Shown here one piece after another: positions 63,372 through 64,000 of a stretch of 64,000 bases of DNA. Each line of letters starts with the position of its first letter. Position 1 is the first letter of the stretch. Origin of the DNA: Octopus sinensis (lineage: Eukaryota); NCBI RefSeq assembly GCF_006345805.1, contig NC_043003.1:24862001-24926000 (forward strand), read 5' to 3'. Both the position numbers and the translations under genes were made by a program. The notes beneath the pieces were generated by a model, which saw only the letters and a list, made by a program, of their open reading frames with translations, made no database searches and had not been told where the DNA came from.

Positions 63372-64000
63372 GTAATTGGCCAGATAGACAGTACGCTGAA
63401 GTAACATCAATAAATGACCGTAACGTTTTCGAAAAATCGCAAAGAAAGATGTATTTTTTAATAAAACAAATTGCGTAATAATATTGATTTTTCATCGACT
63501 GGACACGATGTTACTTTTGGAGAAGAAAGCTGGTAGAGCGGTCACAGTTGACTGAATAGAATTAAAACCATTGTTTCAAGTGAAACAATGGTTATTACAT
63601 CAGGAGTAAACTACTAATCGCCGATCGGCTTCATTAACCCTGGTCATCGAGAAAAGTGACGTTCCTATATTTGGTAATATTTAGCAAGGTCGGAAATAAA
63701 AATTATTGGGAATAGCAACGAGCGGAAATAGAAACGTTATCACAGTGGGTTTGTCGACCTCACGACACTCACCCACATTCTTTCACCTGTGAGCTTATTC
63801 ATATTTATACACATATTTCAATAATGCACTTCCAGACAATCTCACTGACTCACATTCCACATTCTCCCACATGGTTTTTTTTATTTTTTATCTCTATTTA
63901 TCTTATTTTATCATAACTTTATGCTTATTTTTAAGAGAAATAATTGCTTCCAAATTTGGAAAGAGAGAAATTACTAAGCGGAACCAAGGAATTATTTTTA

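Overview
Eukaryotic, AT-rich, microsatellite-dense DNA, almost certainly an Octopus genome (inferred from the tRNA-derived SINE families; not database-confirmed). There is one scaffold gap of 100 N at 14742-14841. The only host gene I can support is a 375-aa actin on the minus strand. Its two coding exons are 9589-9467 and 4077-3073, split by a 5.4-kb GT-AG intron at codon 41/42, and the protein starts MDEE with no Cys. Its introns carry several SRF/CArG boxes, two of them inside a near-identical 1.2-kb tandem duplication. The ~54 kb upstream of the gene is a transposon graveyard: four tRNA-derived SINE families, RTE and CR1/L2 LINE fragments, hAT, Tigger, mariner and maT remnants, three copies of a ~390-bp non-autonomous Helitron, and a 1166-bp solo LTR with a 4-bp TSD. 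The most notable structure is missed by the ORF track: a Penelope-like retroelement fragment at about 54.2-55.9 kb. It has an open, Met-less GIY-YIG endonuclease frame, a type I hammerhead ribozyme fold downstream in the same orientation, and a long palindrome at its 3' end. Also notable are a GC-rich, TSD-flanked RTE insertion with a 5' inversion (twin-priming geometry) and two copies of a hammerhead-like motif sharing an A6U core change. SINE family letters (A-D) and repeat letters (E, F) are my own labels.
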